This document shows positions 1-9,417 of a stretch of 64,000 nucleotides of DNA, piece after piece. Where the stretch lies: positions 1-64,000 of the IMG/VR virus record IMGVR_UViG_3300005842_000001. The stretch is one strand, 5' to 3'. Under the pieces are notes generated by a model. It saw nothing but the letters and a program-made list of their open reading frames with translations, did no database searches and was not told where the DNA came from. Source of the DNA: a virus. Position numbers and translations under genes: made by a program. How positions within the stretch are numbered: the stretch's first letter is position 1; the number at the start of each line of letters is the position of its first letter.

Positions 1-2
1 TC

Positions 3-164
3 GTGCCAGAAGATTTCACGTTGGTAGCTGATCTGAAAATCAGTCTGCCATTCGGCATGACACCGGAAGAAACTGCTCTCGTTGCGCCGATCATTGAGAG
101 AGCTTGGAACGATATGTATTTTGGCATACTCAGGACTTGCACTGAGCAAAGGGCGGGCAAGTGA
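3..164 (+). CDS. partial hypothetical protein (5' truncated by window)
   Basis: Open frame from base 3 (VPEDFTLVADLKISLPFG...RAGK*) ending at a TGA that overlaps the next start. Confidence 0.5.
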   Translation: MPEDFTLVADLKISLPFGMTPEETALVAPIIERAWNDMYFGILRTCTEQRAGK

Positions 165-352
165 TGCCGATAGTAGAGCGATCACAATCGCTGACAGTCA
201 AGATGATCCAGACCAAGATTAAAGAAGCTGGCGAGAAAGTAGCTGAACAGAGACGGGCAGCGTATCGAGTGCAAGAAGCGAAGGCGAGCGATCTGCCACC
301 ACTTCCAAAAGACAGCGAGCGACTTTTCAACAGTCTCAGAACTCCTAGGTGA
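161..352 (+). CDS. hypothetical protein
   Basis: 63-aa ORF translationally coupled to the upstream stop (GTGATG). Confidence 0.5.
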   Translation: MMPIVERSQSLTVKMIQTKIKEAGEKVAEQRRAAYRVQEAKASDLPPLPKDSERLFNSLRTPR

Positions 353-459
353 TCTGATGCAATGCCCTGACTGCGGTAGCGGCGATCTGATATGTGTCGA
401 TGATTACTATGACTGCCTCGAATGCGGGGCAATCTGCATATCACCACGAGACGTGATCT

Positions 460-1155
460 ATGAAAACGGTGACTCAGTTTGTGAATGAACTCAACAGCAT
501 CGGTGCCTACATCGGCATCGGTGCTTCACGAGTGTTCCCAGACTGGCTGCAAATGATCTTTTGCGCTCTTCAGATGCAACGTGATGAAGAGACGTACCTC
601 AAAACAATCGAGCGATGGAAGGCTAAGCCTGAATCACTGAAGCGCCTTGCGATACTCTTTGCTGAACTCACGACAGCAATGGAGCAACAGGGCGACATGC
701 TCGGCAACATCTACATGGAAGCTGTGAGCTTCGGACAGCATGGGCAATTCTTCACGCCCCAAGAAGTCTGTGACATGATGGCACGAATGACGATTGGCGA
801 CACAGCCGAAGATGGCAAGAGCGTACACGATCCAGCTTGCGGGTCAGGTCGAATGCTGCTGGCTTCAGCGAAGCTGTGTCGATCAATGGTATTCGTCGGG
901 CAAGACGTGGATGAAGCCTGTTGCCAGATGACAGCGATCAACATGGCTCTGAACAGTCTGCGGGGCTGGGTAGTGCATGGGAACTCACTCACCCTTGAAA
1001 TCAGAAACGTGTGGCAAGTGATATGGCCCGGCATCATTGTCAGATCGAGCTATCAAGCATACCAGCGCCGGTTCTGCTATGCAGTCGAGACGGTAAGCGA
1101 AGTAGAGCTACCAGCACAGAGAACGATTCAGCCAACCCTTTTCGGAGATATTTGA
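460..1155 (+). CDS. N-6 adenine DNA methylase, HsdM-like (short, solitary)
   Basis: GQFFTPQEV motif and SAM-binding motif I VHDPACGSGRML; no clear NPPF catalytic motif. Confidence 0.8.
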   Translation: MKTVTQFVNELNSIGAYIGIGASRVFPDWLQMIFCALQMQRDEETYLKTIERWKAKPESLKRLAILFAELTTAMEQQGDMLGNIYMEAVSFGQHGQFFTPQEVCDMMARMTIGDTAEDGKSVHDPACGSGRMLLASAKLCRSMVFVGQDVDEACCQMTAINMALNSLRGWVVHGNSLTLEIRNVWQVIWPGIIVRSSYQAYQRRFCYAVETVSEVELPAQRTIQPTLFGDI

Positions 1156-1557
1156 ATGGTAAACTTCACCAGCATGGACGATCACAAAAACCCTGATGGT
1201 ACGCTGAACTGGAACAGCTATCGACAAGCGAAAGTCGCCAACGGCGAAGACTGCATGAAATGCGGGAAGTTCATCATGTTCGCCAAGGGGCATCCCGAAG
1301 AGTGCTACAACTGCAAAGCGATGAAGATAGAGAAAACAAAAGAAGTGAGCCACGAGGATCAATTGCGTTGTCCCAAGTGTGGACATATATATAAACTTCC
1401 TGATGAGTGGTATCTTGATTGCAAGTCAGGTGCTGAAGAGATGCGTACCTGCTGCCCTGAGTGTGACCATGATTTTGAAGTGATCGTCGCCACGACATAC
1501 ACCTTTACTAGCCCGGCGATGCTGACTGAAGAAAGCGAAGGGACGAACGATGATTGA
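1156..1557 (+). CDS. zinc-ribbon protein
   Basis: Four CxxC pairs (CMKC, CYNC, CPKC, CPEC). Confidence 0.65.
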   Translation: MVNFTSMDDHKNPDGTLNWNSYRQAKVANGEDCMKCGKFIMFAKGHPEECYNCKAMKIEKTKEVSHEDQLRCPKCGHIYKLPDEWYLDCKSGAEEMRTCCPECDHDFEVIVATTYTFTSPAMLTEESEGTNDD

Positions 1558-2101
1558 TCCAGCGAAAGTGGTCATACCCGAACGCCTCAAAGACTTCCCA
1601 CTCTACAAGGGCCGCTACCTCGTGCATTACACGGTGTACGTCGACCCCGATGGCAAGCCAGATTTCAGAGTAGTCGATGAAGCCAACCGAATGAACGCCC
1701 TTACTTACGATCTGTGCCATTTATGCGGTCAGACGCTGGATCGGCCAGTGGTATTCATCGGCGGGCCTCTCTGTGCTGAGAATCTCGTTTTCATGGATGG
1801 GCCAATGCACGAGGAATGCGCTCTCTATTCAGTCAAAGTCTGTCCGTATCTTGCCAACCCCCATCACGGCGATGAAGCGAAGCAACTGGCTCGTGGCGAA
1901 GCCACGGTCAATAAGCATGCAGACACCGAAGGCGTAAAGATCAAAACCAATGAAGACATGCAAGCGGGACGCCCGGCGAGAATGGCACTGATCTATGCAG
2001 AGAGATACTTTTGCGGTCGAACGCCGAGTGGTACTATCGTGGTGATCGCTCGTGACGTGATCAAGACAGATTTCACCACCATACCACAGGCGAAGCCATG
2101 A
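1550..2101 (+). CDS. conserved phage hypothetical protein (Cys/His motif)
   Basis: CHLCG...GPMHEECALYSVKVCPYL motif; overlaps the upstream stop. Confidence 0.65.
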   Translation: MIDPAKVVIPERLKDFPLYKGRYLVHYTVYVDPDGKPDFRVVDEANRMNALTYDLCHLCGQTLDRPVVFIGGPLCAENLVFMDGPMHEECALYSVKVCPYLANPHHGDEAKQLARGEATVNKHADTEGVKIKTNEDMQAGRPARMALIYAERYFCGRTPSGTIVVIARDVIKTDFTTIPQAKP

Positions 2102-2298
2102 TCGAACCACTGAAGCTGAGCGAAGAACAGCAACGTCAACTTGACGAACTCACCGAACTGCAAAGCTATCTCAAGGCTGAACAGGTTAAACTCTTCAGCA
2201 CATTCCTCCTCCCTGCCCACTTACTCGAATCAGGAGTCCCTACTTATGCTCATGCGAATGCTCAGCAACTTGCTTTTGAAGCTCGGCTTGGTCTATGA
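2098..2298 (+). CDS. hypothetical protein
   Basis: ATGA coupling to the previous gene. Confidence 0.5.
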   Translation: MIEPLKLSEEQQRQLDELTELQSYLKAEQVKLFSTFLLPAHLLESGVPTYAHANAQQLAFEARLGL

Positions 2299-2875
2299 GG
2301 ACCGTGGCTTCTGGGAGCTTCACCCAGAGAGCAATTTCTTCTCTGACAAGCTAGCGCCCCATCAGCGAATGATCGAAGTCAGATGGAGCATTCCGAGAGC
2401 AGCCGGACACTACTTCGTTCACTCGACTTTCAGGCAGACAGCACAGCAGATCGAAAGAGCTAATACAGTATGCGATGGCCTTAACCGACACGCCTTGCTG
2501 CCAATCTTACCAGATCGTCACAGAGACACGATCAGGTATCCACCCGCATCATACGGGCGAAAGTGGTTTTGGCAGTCTAAAACGAGACGCCAGGAGTTCC
2601 TATTGCTTTCCCCACCCACTCAGTACAACTGTCGTTGCAGACTCGAACCCATCGCATTTGATTTAGGCGATCAATCTCATTCAATTGATTGCATTAAATA
2701 TGCCACTGAAAGCATAACTAAATTGAGCGATCAAAATAAACGACATGACAAGCGCTAGCAAAGACAGTACCACCTAAGCTAAGTATATACCTAATACCAG
2801 CTTAGAACTTTATACCATAGCTGATTATGGTGAAACATGAAAACTTGAACAGTACGCTTAACAGAGAGACTTGAC

Positions 2876-3214
2876 ATGGCTATTGAATTGAACGCTCAGA
2901 ATGAAAACTCATTTGAGAAGATGGCTTCTCTATTGTTGGAAGGCGATTGCGTAATTGCAATCGATCTTGCGACTGGCGAAGATGTTGTCTTGGTCGATGC
3001 TGGTTTTGATTGGTGGCAACATTCTATTCCAGTTCATTGGTGGGATGGTGGCATCAAAATCAAATCTGAAAAGAACGTATGGGGGTCGGACTGGAATGGC
3101 CCGGCCTACTTCGCTCAACCGCAACCCTCGCCGTGTCAGCACTGCGGAGAGCTTGGCTGTGTCCGTGTCTGCAAGAAAACGGTGCAACGTGGCTCTGATC
3201 ATGTCGAGTGCTGA
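2876..3214 (+). CDS. hypothetical protein
   Basis: ORF with AGAGAG upstream; C-terminal CxxC. Confidence 0.55.
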   Translation: MAIELNAQNENSFEKMASLLLEGDCVIAIDLATGEDVVLVDAGFDWWQHSIPVHWWDGGIKIKSEKNVWGSDWNGPAYFAQPQPSPCQHCGELGCVRVCKKTVQRGSDHVEC

Positions 3215-3217
3215 GAG

Positions 3218-3481
3218 ATGAAATCGAAGTCAACAGCCCTGGCGATCATTGCTGACAGCCCCGGTACCACCAGGGGCGAGTTCGTTGAGCTAGAAGTAGG
3301 AAAAGAGTGGATCAAGATTCGAGCGCCTTGGCGAGCGTACACCGTCAAGGTGATCAAGTGGGAAGATGTTCGATCTGACACACAGCGAATGGTCGAAGAG
3401 TACACTTGGAATTACTTCAGGTACACGCAAAAGAAGGCGACTGGATTTCCCAACGTCAAGAGACCTTACCGAAAGGATTGA
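3218..3481 (+). CDS. hypothetical protein
   Basis: Tightly packed ORF in + strand operon. Confidence 0.55.
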   Translation: MKSKSTALAIIADSPGTTRGEFVELEVGKEWIKIRAPWRAYTVKVIKWEDVRSDTQRMVEEYTWNYFRYTQKKATGFPNVKRPYRKD

Positions 3482-3483
3482 TA

Positions 3484-3948
3484 ATGCGCGCCGTTGCTTG
3501 CGATCAGTGTCCATGGCGAAAAGTCAATCAGTCAAAGCGGCACAAGTTCGGTTTCTTCACGCAAGCAAACCTGAAGAGATTATGGAACGGTCTACGAAAA
3601 GGCAATCCGATGAGTTGTCACAAGACTGATACTGGTCATCCTGATCACGTTGCTTGTGGTGCTAAGGGCGACAAGCCCAAAGAGTGTGCCGGGTCGATCA
3701 TCGTCATAAGGCAAGAGCTTCAGATGATCGCCAACTGGAATGACAACACTGTGACAGATGATGGCATCATTGAGTACAAGAAGCGTTTCAAACAATCGAG
3801 GATAACAGTTGTCGGCTTCATGTATTGGGTTTTCGAGAGAATACAGATGGCGGGAGTTCCGATCATTGGCGGTAAGAAGCTGCCAGAAGTTGACCACAGT
3901 GATGAGGCGATAGGATTGCCAGAGTCATTGAAAGCAAAAGAGGAATAA
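3484..3948 (+). CDS. DUF6283-like Cys-rich phage protein
   Basis: CDQCPWRK...SCHKT...ECAGS pattern; start at ATG 3484 after AAGGA. Confidence 0.6.
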   Translation: MRAVACDQCPWRKVNQSKRHKFGFFTQANLKRLWNGLRKGNPMSCHKTDTGHPDHVACGAKGDKPKECAGSIIVIRQELQMIANWNDNTVTDDGIIEYKKRFKQSRITVVGFMYWVFERIQMAGVPIIGGKKLPEVDHSDEAIGLPESLKAKEE

Positions 3949-3949
3949 C

Positions 3950-4357
3950 ATGTCAAAGTTTCCGAAGATCACGCTTCAAGACGAACTGCTGGCGGTGACG
4001 AAAATGAATAAGCGTACACTGCAACGCAAGATCAAACAGGCGTTCCAAAAACTGATCGATGGCCCTGCTCTGACTTCAGAGAACAGCCGCCTTGCTTCTG
4101 AACTCGATCAAGCTCTGTCAGCGGTCAAGTTGCGTGACATTGAAGTGAAGCGGCTTGATGAAATCATCAAGCAGCACGAGGAATGCAGAACGAATAGAGA
4201 GAGGGCATTCTCAGTAATTCAGGCGGGGTCTGCTCAGGCAGTTACCAACATGCTCGACATATCAAACGAAGCTGAGCGAAACGGTCAGAGAGTTTACGCT
4301 CTTGCGCTCAGACATGCAGTACATTTACTTGAGCATCAGAAAAAATCTAGCAATTGA
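3950..4357 (+). CDS. hypothetical coiled-coil protein
   Basis: GAGGA RBS; heptad-like sequence. Confidence 0.6.
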   Translation: MSKFPKITLQDELLAVTKMNKRTLQRKIKQAFQKLIDGPALTSENSRLASELDQALSAVKLRDIEVKRLDEIIKQHEECRTNRERAFSVIQAGSAQAVTNMLDISNEAERNGQRVYALALRHAVHLLEHQKKSSN

Positions 4358-4388
4358 CTTGCACAAAAGATAAAGCATATATATACTA
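4354..4388 (+). promoter_or_regulatory. putative phage promoter (TTGACT...AAGCATATATATACT)
   Basis: Copy of the recurrent GCATATAT(C/A)TA motif about 20 nt after a TTG hexamer, in an intergenic gap. Confidence 0.55.
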
Positions 4389-4537
4389 CACATTGAATGA
4401 TTAACCCATAAGGAACATGCCATGATCACCTTTATCACTTTCGCCATGTGCGGCTCACTTGTTTGCTTTATGATTTCAAGCGATAAGCCAATCCCACGCT
4501 AGGAAAATCAACGAACTGCCAGCATAGGAACAGGTCT

Positions 4538-4900
4538 ATGACGAGGAAACTGCCAGATCGATTCAAAGACACTCAGAAGGCCGAAGGCGTCTCAGAGTTC
4601 AAGCCCGTTCGATCTGAGGGCTATAAGTCTCGTCACACTCGCCGACTGATCAATGCCAATAGGCAGCACGATCAACTGAAGGAGTGGTGCGATGTAATGG
4701 GCGTGGCATTCAGAACAGCAAACAATGAACTACATTGGATGCTCAGGTATGAAGGCCATGGCGCTGAGTGGTGGCCTTCTACCGCCAAGCTGGTAATCGA
4801 TAAACAGTTCAAGCAAGGCATCCACGCTCACACAGTTCATCAAGTCATGGACACGCTGGCTAAGAGATGGGGCATGCTTCAGGAGTCACGGAAGTCATGA
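4538..4900 (+). CDS. hypothetical protein (paralog of 43510..43896)
   Basis: C...G..F...(E/D)WWP..A.L..D pattern shared with 43510..43896. Confidence 0.6.
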   Translation: MTRKLPDRFKDTQKAEGVSEFKPVRSEGYKSRHTRRLINANRQHDQLKEWCDVMGVAFRTANNELHWMLRYEGHGAEWWPSTAKLVIDKQFKQGIHAHTVHQVMDTLAKRWGMLQESRKS

Positions 4901-5262
4901 ACGATCAAGAGATGACAAACGTGTATAAGCTCGAATGCTATTACATCGATCACGATGGCATTGGTCTTGATGCTGTCATTCAGTTACTAGAGAACACGCA
5001 TTACGCGAATCATTCACCATCACCAGATGTAATCAGCGGTGAGACAAGACAAGTCGATTGGGTGGATGATAACCCGCTGAACTATGAACAAACTAAAGCT
5101 GAAGCATTTAGAAAACTATTTTCAGATGCTATTACTGATCATCTGCTGAAGCATGTCATTGATGAACTTGGACCATTTGCTGGTAAAACGAAAACCAATA
5201 GCCTGGGAGAAATAGTCTCGGTGCTGAAAGCGAAACTACTTTCTGCTGAGCAACCTAAATGA
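4897..5262 (+). CDS. hypothetical protein
   Basis: ATGA coupling, AGGAG upstream. Confidence 0.55.
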   Translation: MNDQEMTNVYKLECYYIDHDGIGLDAVIQLLENTHYANHSPSPDVISGETRQVDWVDDNPLNYEQTKAEAFRKLFSDAITDHLLKHVIDELGPFAGKTKTNSLGEIVSVLKAKLLSAEQPK

Positions 5263-5558
5263 ATACCATCTTCCGCATAGCTCTTGTCGCCTTATTCGTT
5301 GCAGTCTGCGTGGCATCGTGGGATCGATACCAAGACGACGGATCAGCCATCAAGGCATTCGTGTGTGGCAAACACGATGAGTCTACCTTGCGAGTCACCG
5401 GCGATCAATTAACGTATGACGAGTTGGCTGCTGACTGTCCGAAACTCTACTACCTTGATGTTGAAATAAGTGGCGAGTTCAGAACCATCACAGTCGATCA
5501 GGCGACATACGAACTGGCGACGATTGGCGATGAAATCAAACTTGGGAGCAATCAATGA
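5259..5558 (+). CDS. membrane-anchored or exported hypothetical protein
   Basis: N-terminal hydrophobic helix IALVALFVAVCVA. Confidence 0.55.
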   Translation: MNTIFRIALVALFVAVCVASWDRYQDDGSAIKAFVCGKHDESTLRVTGDQLTYDELAADCPKLYYLDVEISGEFRTITVDQATYELATIGDEIKLGSNQ

Positions 5559-5749
5559 CACCTAAAGTATCGTTCGTGAGATTCATGATCGGCTTAACTG
5601 AAACGCTTTGCGCTATGTCGCTGATGGCTTACGGTGTCATCGGTACGCTCGATCAATTTCTGGGAAATGGCAGAGAGCATCTCATGCTGTGTCTCGTGAG
5701 CTTCTGGCTGTCTGTGTTGATGTTCAGATCAATCAAGGAGTCGAAATAA
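5555..5749 (+). CDS. small two-TM membrane protein
   Basis: Two hydrophobic segments; ATGA coupling. Confidence 0.55.
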   Translation: MTPKVSFVRFMIGLTETLCAMSLMAYGVIGTLDQFLGNGREHLMLCLVSFWLSVLMFRSIKESK

Positions 5750-6015
5750 TGTCACTATCCGACAGGGCTAGAGAGCTTGAAAACTCTTATTATTGTCTGC
5801 TCAGGCTTGCTGGCGAGATACTGGCGACAGTCGAGGTAAATCACCTGAGAGAGATTCTGGTAGTCATGAAGGACGGCGAAAGAAATCATGATGGTGATGC
5901 TGACTTCAAAGGTATGATCGAGCGATGGAAAGAAGAGCTAAAGCGGCATGACTTTACTCCTGCTGTCGAAGTGCGGTCAAGTAAGCAGGGAATATATATA
6001 GCTACATTTGAGTGA
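5749..6015 (+). CDS. hypothetical protein
   Basis: TAATG coupling, AAGGAG RBS. Confidence 0.5.
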   Translation: MSLSDRARELENSYYCLLRLAGEILATVEVNHLREILVVMKDGERNHDGDADFKGMIERWKEELKRHDFTPAVEVRSSKQGIYIATFE

Positions 6016-6061
6016 TCGTCGGATAACCGCAGTTATGTTTCGTTCAAATGGAGAAGATGCG

Positions 6062-6328
6062 ATGGCTAAGAAAAGGAAGTTGACTCTAGGGCGACTCATC
6101 AAAGAGCTTACTGCCTTGAAGTCGAAAGGCTTGAGCGATTCGATTCAGGTGTGTGTTGATAAGACCACGTTGTTCGATGGCAATGGCACATTCAATGCAT
6201 GCAATCTTAATGATGTTGAGCATACCTATGTCAACATTGTTGATGGCGACGGATTCACGATAGAGAACAAAAACGGTTCAGAGCGAATACGAAGCACGAT
6301 TCTACTCAAAGGCTTGTATTCTGAGTAA
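6062..6328 (+). CDS. hypothetical protein
   Basis: GGAG RBS before ATG 6062. Confidence 0.55.
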   Translation: MAKKRKLTLGRLIKELTALKSKGLSDSIQVCVDKTTLFDGNGTFNACNLNDVEHTYVNIVDGDGFTIENKNGSERIRSTILLKGLYSE

Positions 6329-6347
6329 CCGACCGGAGGTCAGGACG

Positions 6348-6563
6348 ATGAAGAGTAAAATTGAACCACTGAAAAAGAGAACCATGAACCTTGACCAACT
6401 GCAACGCAAGACGATCAAGGTTATCAGACTCATGCAAAAGCAGTTGAAGAGAAAGCACTATCATGGCGGCATGACCGATGAAGAGTTTTCCGATGAAGTC
6501 CTGAATGCATTTGCCAATGACATACTCATCGACAGAGTGATGCTTGGCTATGACAACAAGTAA
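6348..6563 (+). CDS. hypothetical protein
   Basis: Bounded by junction repeats; GGAGG RBS. Confidence 0.6.
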   Translation: MKSKIEPLKKRTMNLDQLQRKTIKVIRLMQKQLKRKHYHGGMTDEEFSDEVLNAFANDILIDRVMLGYDNK

Positions 6564-6581
6564 CCGCCCCGGAGACGAGTC

Positions 6582-6773
6582 ATGCATACTCGGCAGATTC
6601 AATTGCATGGTGGCCCTTACGATGGCCGGGTGCATGAGCAACAAGGATGGCTGAGACCGTCAAAGATTGCTCTGCCCGATCCTGATGGAATCCATATTCA
6701 CTGGTACGATCTGACAATGGATGGTGATGCGGTATTCGACAAAACAGAGAAACGCCCCGGAGACGAGTCATGA
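6582..6773 (+). CDS. small hypothetical protein (GGPxDG motif)
   Basis: LHGGPYDG motif common in small phage proteins; bounded by junction repeats. Confidence 0.6.
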   Translation: MHTRQIQLHGGPYDGRVHEQQGWLRPSKIALPDPDGIHIHWYDLTMDGDAVFDKTEKRPGDES

Positions 6774-7012
6774 AGCGACGGAATGATCCAATGCTTGATC
6801 GAGCTTGCCATGATCTTCGTAAGGTCATTAGGGAGAAGGGACTTGGCAAATGGGATTTCACAGTGTCAGCAGACAAGGGGAAGTTGCATGTATCTGTGAA
6901 CTCAGACGAGATGATCGACAAGGTGCCTTTTCGCTTCAACGGCTACAAGGTCGTAGCTACCGCAATCCTCATCGGCCATGCCAAGGGTAGGCTGAAGCAC
7001 GTTGTCAGGTAA
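6770..7012 (+). CDS. hypothetical protein
   Basis: Starts at the ATG of a junction repeat. Confidence 0.6.
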   Translation: MKRRNDPMLDRACHDLRKVIREKGLGKWDFTVSADKGKLHVSVNSDEMIDKVPFRFNGYKVVATAILIGHAKGRLKHVVR

Positions 7013-7375
7013 CGCACGCAAAATAGTGTAGAAACATAAGAAAACTTACCGGACGAAGGATGCGAGACAAAGACGAATACAGCAGGATCGACCGCAGGGA
7101 GACCGCTGAAAGATGCCGGAGGAAATACTACCACGCAGACAGGTACAGGCTGCGCCGAACCAAACACAAACACAAAAACAGACGGAGATAAACTATGTGC
7201 AGATTGTGCGAAAGATACGTTGCTAAATGCCCGTGGTGTTGGGCAGCGTTCATGGTGTGGATGAGAACAAAAGGCAAGAAAGCCTAAAACTCTAACCGGA
7301 GCGAACGAATGTGCCTTCGCATGGTTTCACAAGTGGCCGCTGGCCAAGTAACTTACCCATTTTGGAGAATGAACG

Positions 7376-7546
7376 ATGGCTATGTCAGCGAAAGCGAAAA
7401 AGGTGTACGAGGAAGTCCGTAGGCACGTCATGGATGCCGTGGTGCCTCTCAGCGATGCCGACTACTTGGAAGTGCTTGAAAACCTCTCATGCGATGTTGA
7501 CTCTGCTGTAGAGGCAAAGCGTGAAGAGATGGGTGACGACGACTAA
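7376..7546 (+). CDS. small acidic hypothetical protein (56 aa, not in the ORF track)
   Basis: Read manually: MAMSAKAKKVYEEVRRHV...EEMGDDD*; GGAG RBS; stop is the TAA of a junction repeat. Confidence 0.6.
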   Translation: MAMSAKAKKVYEEVRRHVMDAVVPLSDADYLEVLENLSCDVDSAVEAKREEMGDDD

Positions 7547-7564
7547 CCGCCCCGGAGACGAGTC

Positions 7565-7765
7565 ATGAGTGACAGAAAAATTGTAGATGCTCTCACGACC
7601 ATCACCAGTAATCAAGAGGCGCGCAGGAAATCAACCATAGATCGCCACGAGAAACAATGCAAGCAACGGGAAGCTATCGCATTCTTGTGGGGCGTGATCG
7701 GCGGATTGCTGCTAGGCATGGCTGTTGCTTTGATGGCGTGGATGTACAGCGACTCTCACCGGTAA
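7565..7765 (+). CDS. small membrane protein
   Basis: C-terminal TM helix; starts at a junction repeat. Confidence 0.6.
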   Translation: MSDRKIVDALTTITSNQEARRKSTIDRHEKQCKQREAIAFLWGVIGGLLLGMAVALMAWMYSDSHR

Positions 7766-7798
7766 TGAAACATAAGGTTTTTTATCAGACGGAGAGCA

Positions 7799-8026
7799 GT
7801 GATGTTGAAAAGAGAGTCACCTGTGATCGGGATAGTTCTTCAGGAAATACTTGACGGGTGCAACGACTGCGGGAGCAAGATGAGTCCTGGGGCTGGATGC
7901 AATGCTCACGCCAGCCTAATCGACCACATCATTGTTGCCCCGAATAAATGGATCGACGAGAAGACAGGAAAGTTAAAAGGAACGGTCGAAGACATGACGA
8001 AGCTGGCGAACGAAACAGAACTTTAA
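7799..8026 (+). CDS. hypothetical protein
   Basis: GGAGAG RBS; CxxC...CxxH; ends at a junction repeat. Confidence 0.5.
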   Translation: MMLKRESPVIGIVLQEILDGCNDCGSKMSPGAGCNAHASLIDHIIVAPNKWIDEKTGKLKGTVEDMTKLANETEL

Positions 8027-8037
8027 CCGGAGCGAAC

Positions 8038-8586
8038 ATGAAAGAACCTTGGATTCAAACGTACACAGGCAAGCAATTCAGCTATCTTGAGGCTTCTGCC
8101 GATCAGATCAGCATTGAAGACATTGCCAGATCATTGTCACACCTGTGTAGGTTTACTGGCCATTGCAAAACCTTCTATTCAGTTGCACAGCATTCTGTTC
8201 TTGTGAGCCAAAAGACACACAACCCATTCTTTGGATTGATGCACGATGCCGACGAAGCCTACACCGGGGATATGAATAGGCCGTTGAAGCATTTTCTTGG
8301 GGCTGGATCGTTCTTCGAGAGGGCAGCCAATACAGCTTGGTATGCGATTCGAGACAAGTTCCCATTGCTGAAAGAAGTGACGCCAGATGAAGAGGCTGAT
8401 TGCAAGAAAGTAGACTTGAGGATGCTTGTCACAGAATCCTATGAGTTGCTCCTAAACGGCCCGCACCCTGACTGGCAGATCAACAAGTTCACTCATCCAC
8501 GGTACGACGGCGAGATAACACCGTGGCTGCCTGACTATGCAATGCGCAGGTTCCTTGATCGGTTCAATGAACTGAATGCAACATAA
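8038..8586 (+). CDS. HD-superfamily phosphohydrolase (YfbR/YfdR-like 5'-deoxynucleotidase)
   Basis: WIQTYTGK..IEDIA..LS..CRFTGH..FYSVAQHS..LMHDADEAYTGD motifs. Confidence 0.85.
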   Translation: MKEPWIQTYTGKQFSYLEASADQISIEDIARSLSHLCRFTGHCKTFYSVAQHSVLVSQKTHNPFFGLMHDADEAYTGDMNRPLKHFLGAGSFFERAANTAWYAIRDKFPLLKEVTPDEEADCKKVDLRMLVTESYELLLNGPHPDWQINKFTHPRYDGEITPWLPDYAMRRFLDRFNELNAT

Positions 8587-9055
8587 TCCTAATTATCAGA
8601 CGATGCTCAAACCAAGACCTACAACCCTGAAAGAAGCCAATGCCTTTGTGGGCGAAGAACACAGGCATCACCCGCCTGTTGCCGGTCACAGATGGAGCAT
8701 GGGCTGCAAGGCAGAAAGCAAACTGGTAGGCGTTGTCATTGTTGGACGGGCAGTTGCAAGACAGACTGACCAGTATGAGGTGGCAGAGGTTACTAGACTG
8801 GCGACTAACGGACACCGCAACGCCTGTTCGTTCCTCTACGCCAGAGCGACACACATTGCCCGGCTAATGGGCTTTAGAAGCATTCAGACTTTCACACTAG
8901 CCAGCGAATCAGGATCGAGCATCAAAGCCCTAAAGGAACTTGGGTGGAAATGTCTTGGGCCAACGAAAGATGGCGGGTGGAAGACTAGAAGCGGAAGGCG
9001 CGACCAGCTTGAAGAAAAAACGATCAAGTGGGAATGCCTTCTCAATGATACATAA
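8576..9055 (+). CDS. XF1762-family / Mom-like GNAT-fold protein
   Basis: LKEANAFV..HRHH..P..GH...VGRAVAR..EVTRL..NACSFLY..ESGSS pattern. Confidence 0.7.
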   Translation: MQHNPNYQTMLKPRPTTLKEANAFVGEEHRHHPPVAGHRWSMGCKAESKLVGVVIVGRAVARQTDQYEVAEVTRLATNGHRNACSFLYARATHIARLMGFRSIQTFTLASESGSSIKALKELGWKCLGPTKDGGWKTRSGRRDQLEEKTIKWECLLNDT

Positions 9056-9077
9056 GCAAACTTATAGGACGTAACAC

Positions 9078-9323
9078 ATGAGCAAGGGGTACTTTGTGGC
9101 GCTCGAAAGCGAATCGAAACACCTGGAAAACAGAAACGCTGAACAGATCGCCAAAGAAAAAACAAAACTGATTGCACTGGCTGACAAGCTCATCCACATG
9201 AGCAACGGATTGTCATCTGAGCAGCGGGAAGACGTGATAGCAATCGCTGTCGAGTTCTATCCGCTTGCTCAGTACGTCATAGAGTCTTTGAAGGAACAAC
9301 CCCGGCCAGTGGCATCGTGTTGA
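9078..9323 (+). CDS. hypothetical protein
   Basis: AGGA RBS; helical ORF. Confidence 0.55.
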   Translation: MSKGYFVALESESKHLENRNAEQIAKEKTKLIALADKLIHMSNGLSSEQREDVIAIAVEFYPLAQYVIESLKEQPRPVASC

Positions 9324-9417
9324 TGCAACTGACAAGACTGCTATGCTTTTCTGTGAAGCAAAACGGGATGCCAGTTACGGAAACACTGGCCTGGGTTACT
9401 TTTGAAAGGGTATCGAC

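Larger units (their letters stand above)
6326..8040 (+). repeat. repeated stop-RBS-start junction motif between small genes
   Basis: TAACCGCCCCGGAGACGAGTCATG identical at 6561-6584 and 7544-7567; 20-bp core at 6753-6772; TAACCGGAGCGAAC at 7293 and 8024; variant at 6326-6350. Confidence 0.85.

Noticed and set aside
2141-2758. YNCRC motif suggesting a second MuF-like gene
   Set aside because: Only five residues match, no other MuF motifs are present, and the start is uncertain because it overlaps 2098..2298.
6326-8040. Junction repeats as a CRISPR array or true integron attC array
   Set aside because: Spacing is irregular and gene-sized, the repeats have no palindrome or GTTRRRY arm, and no cas or integrase gene is in the window.
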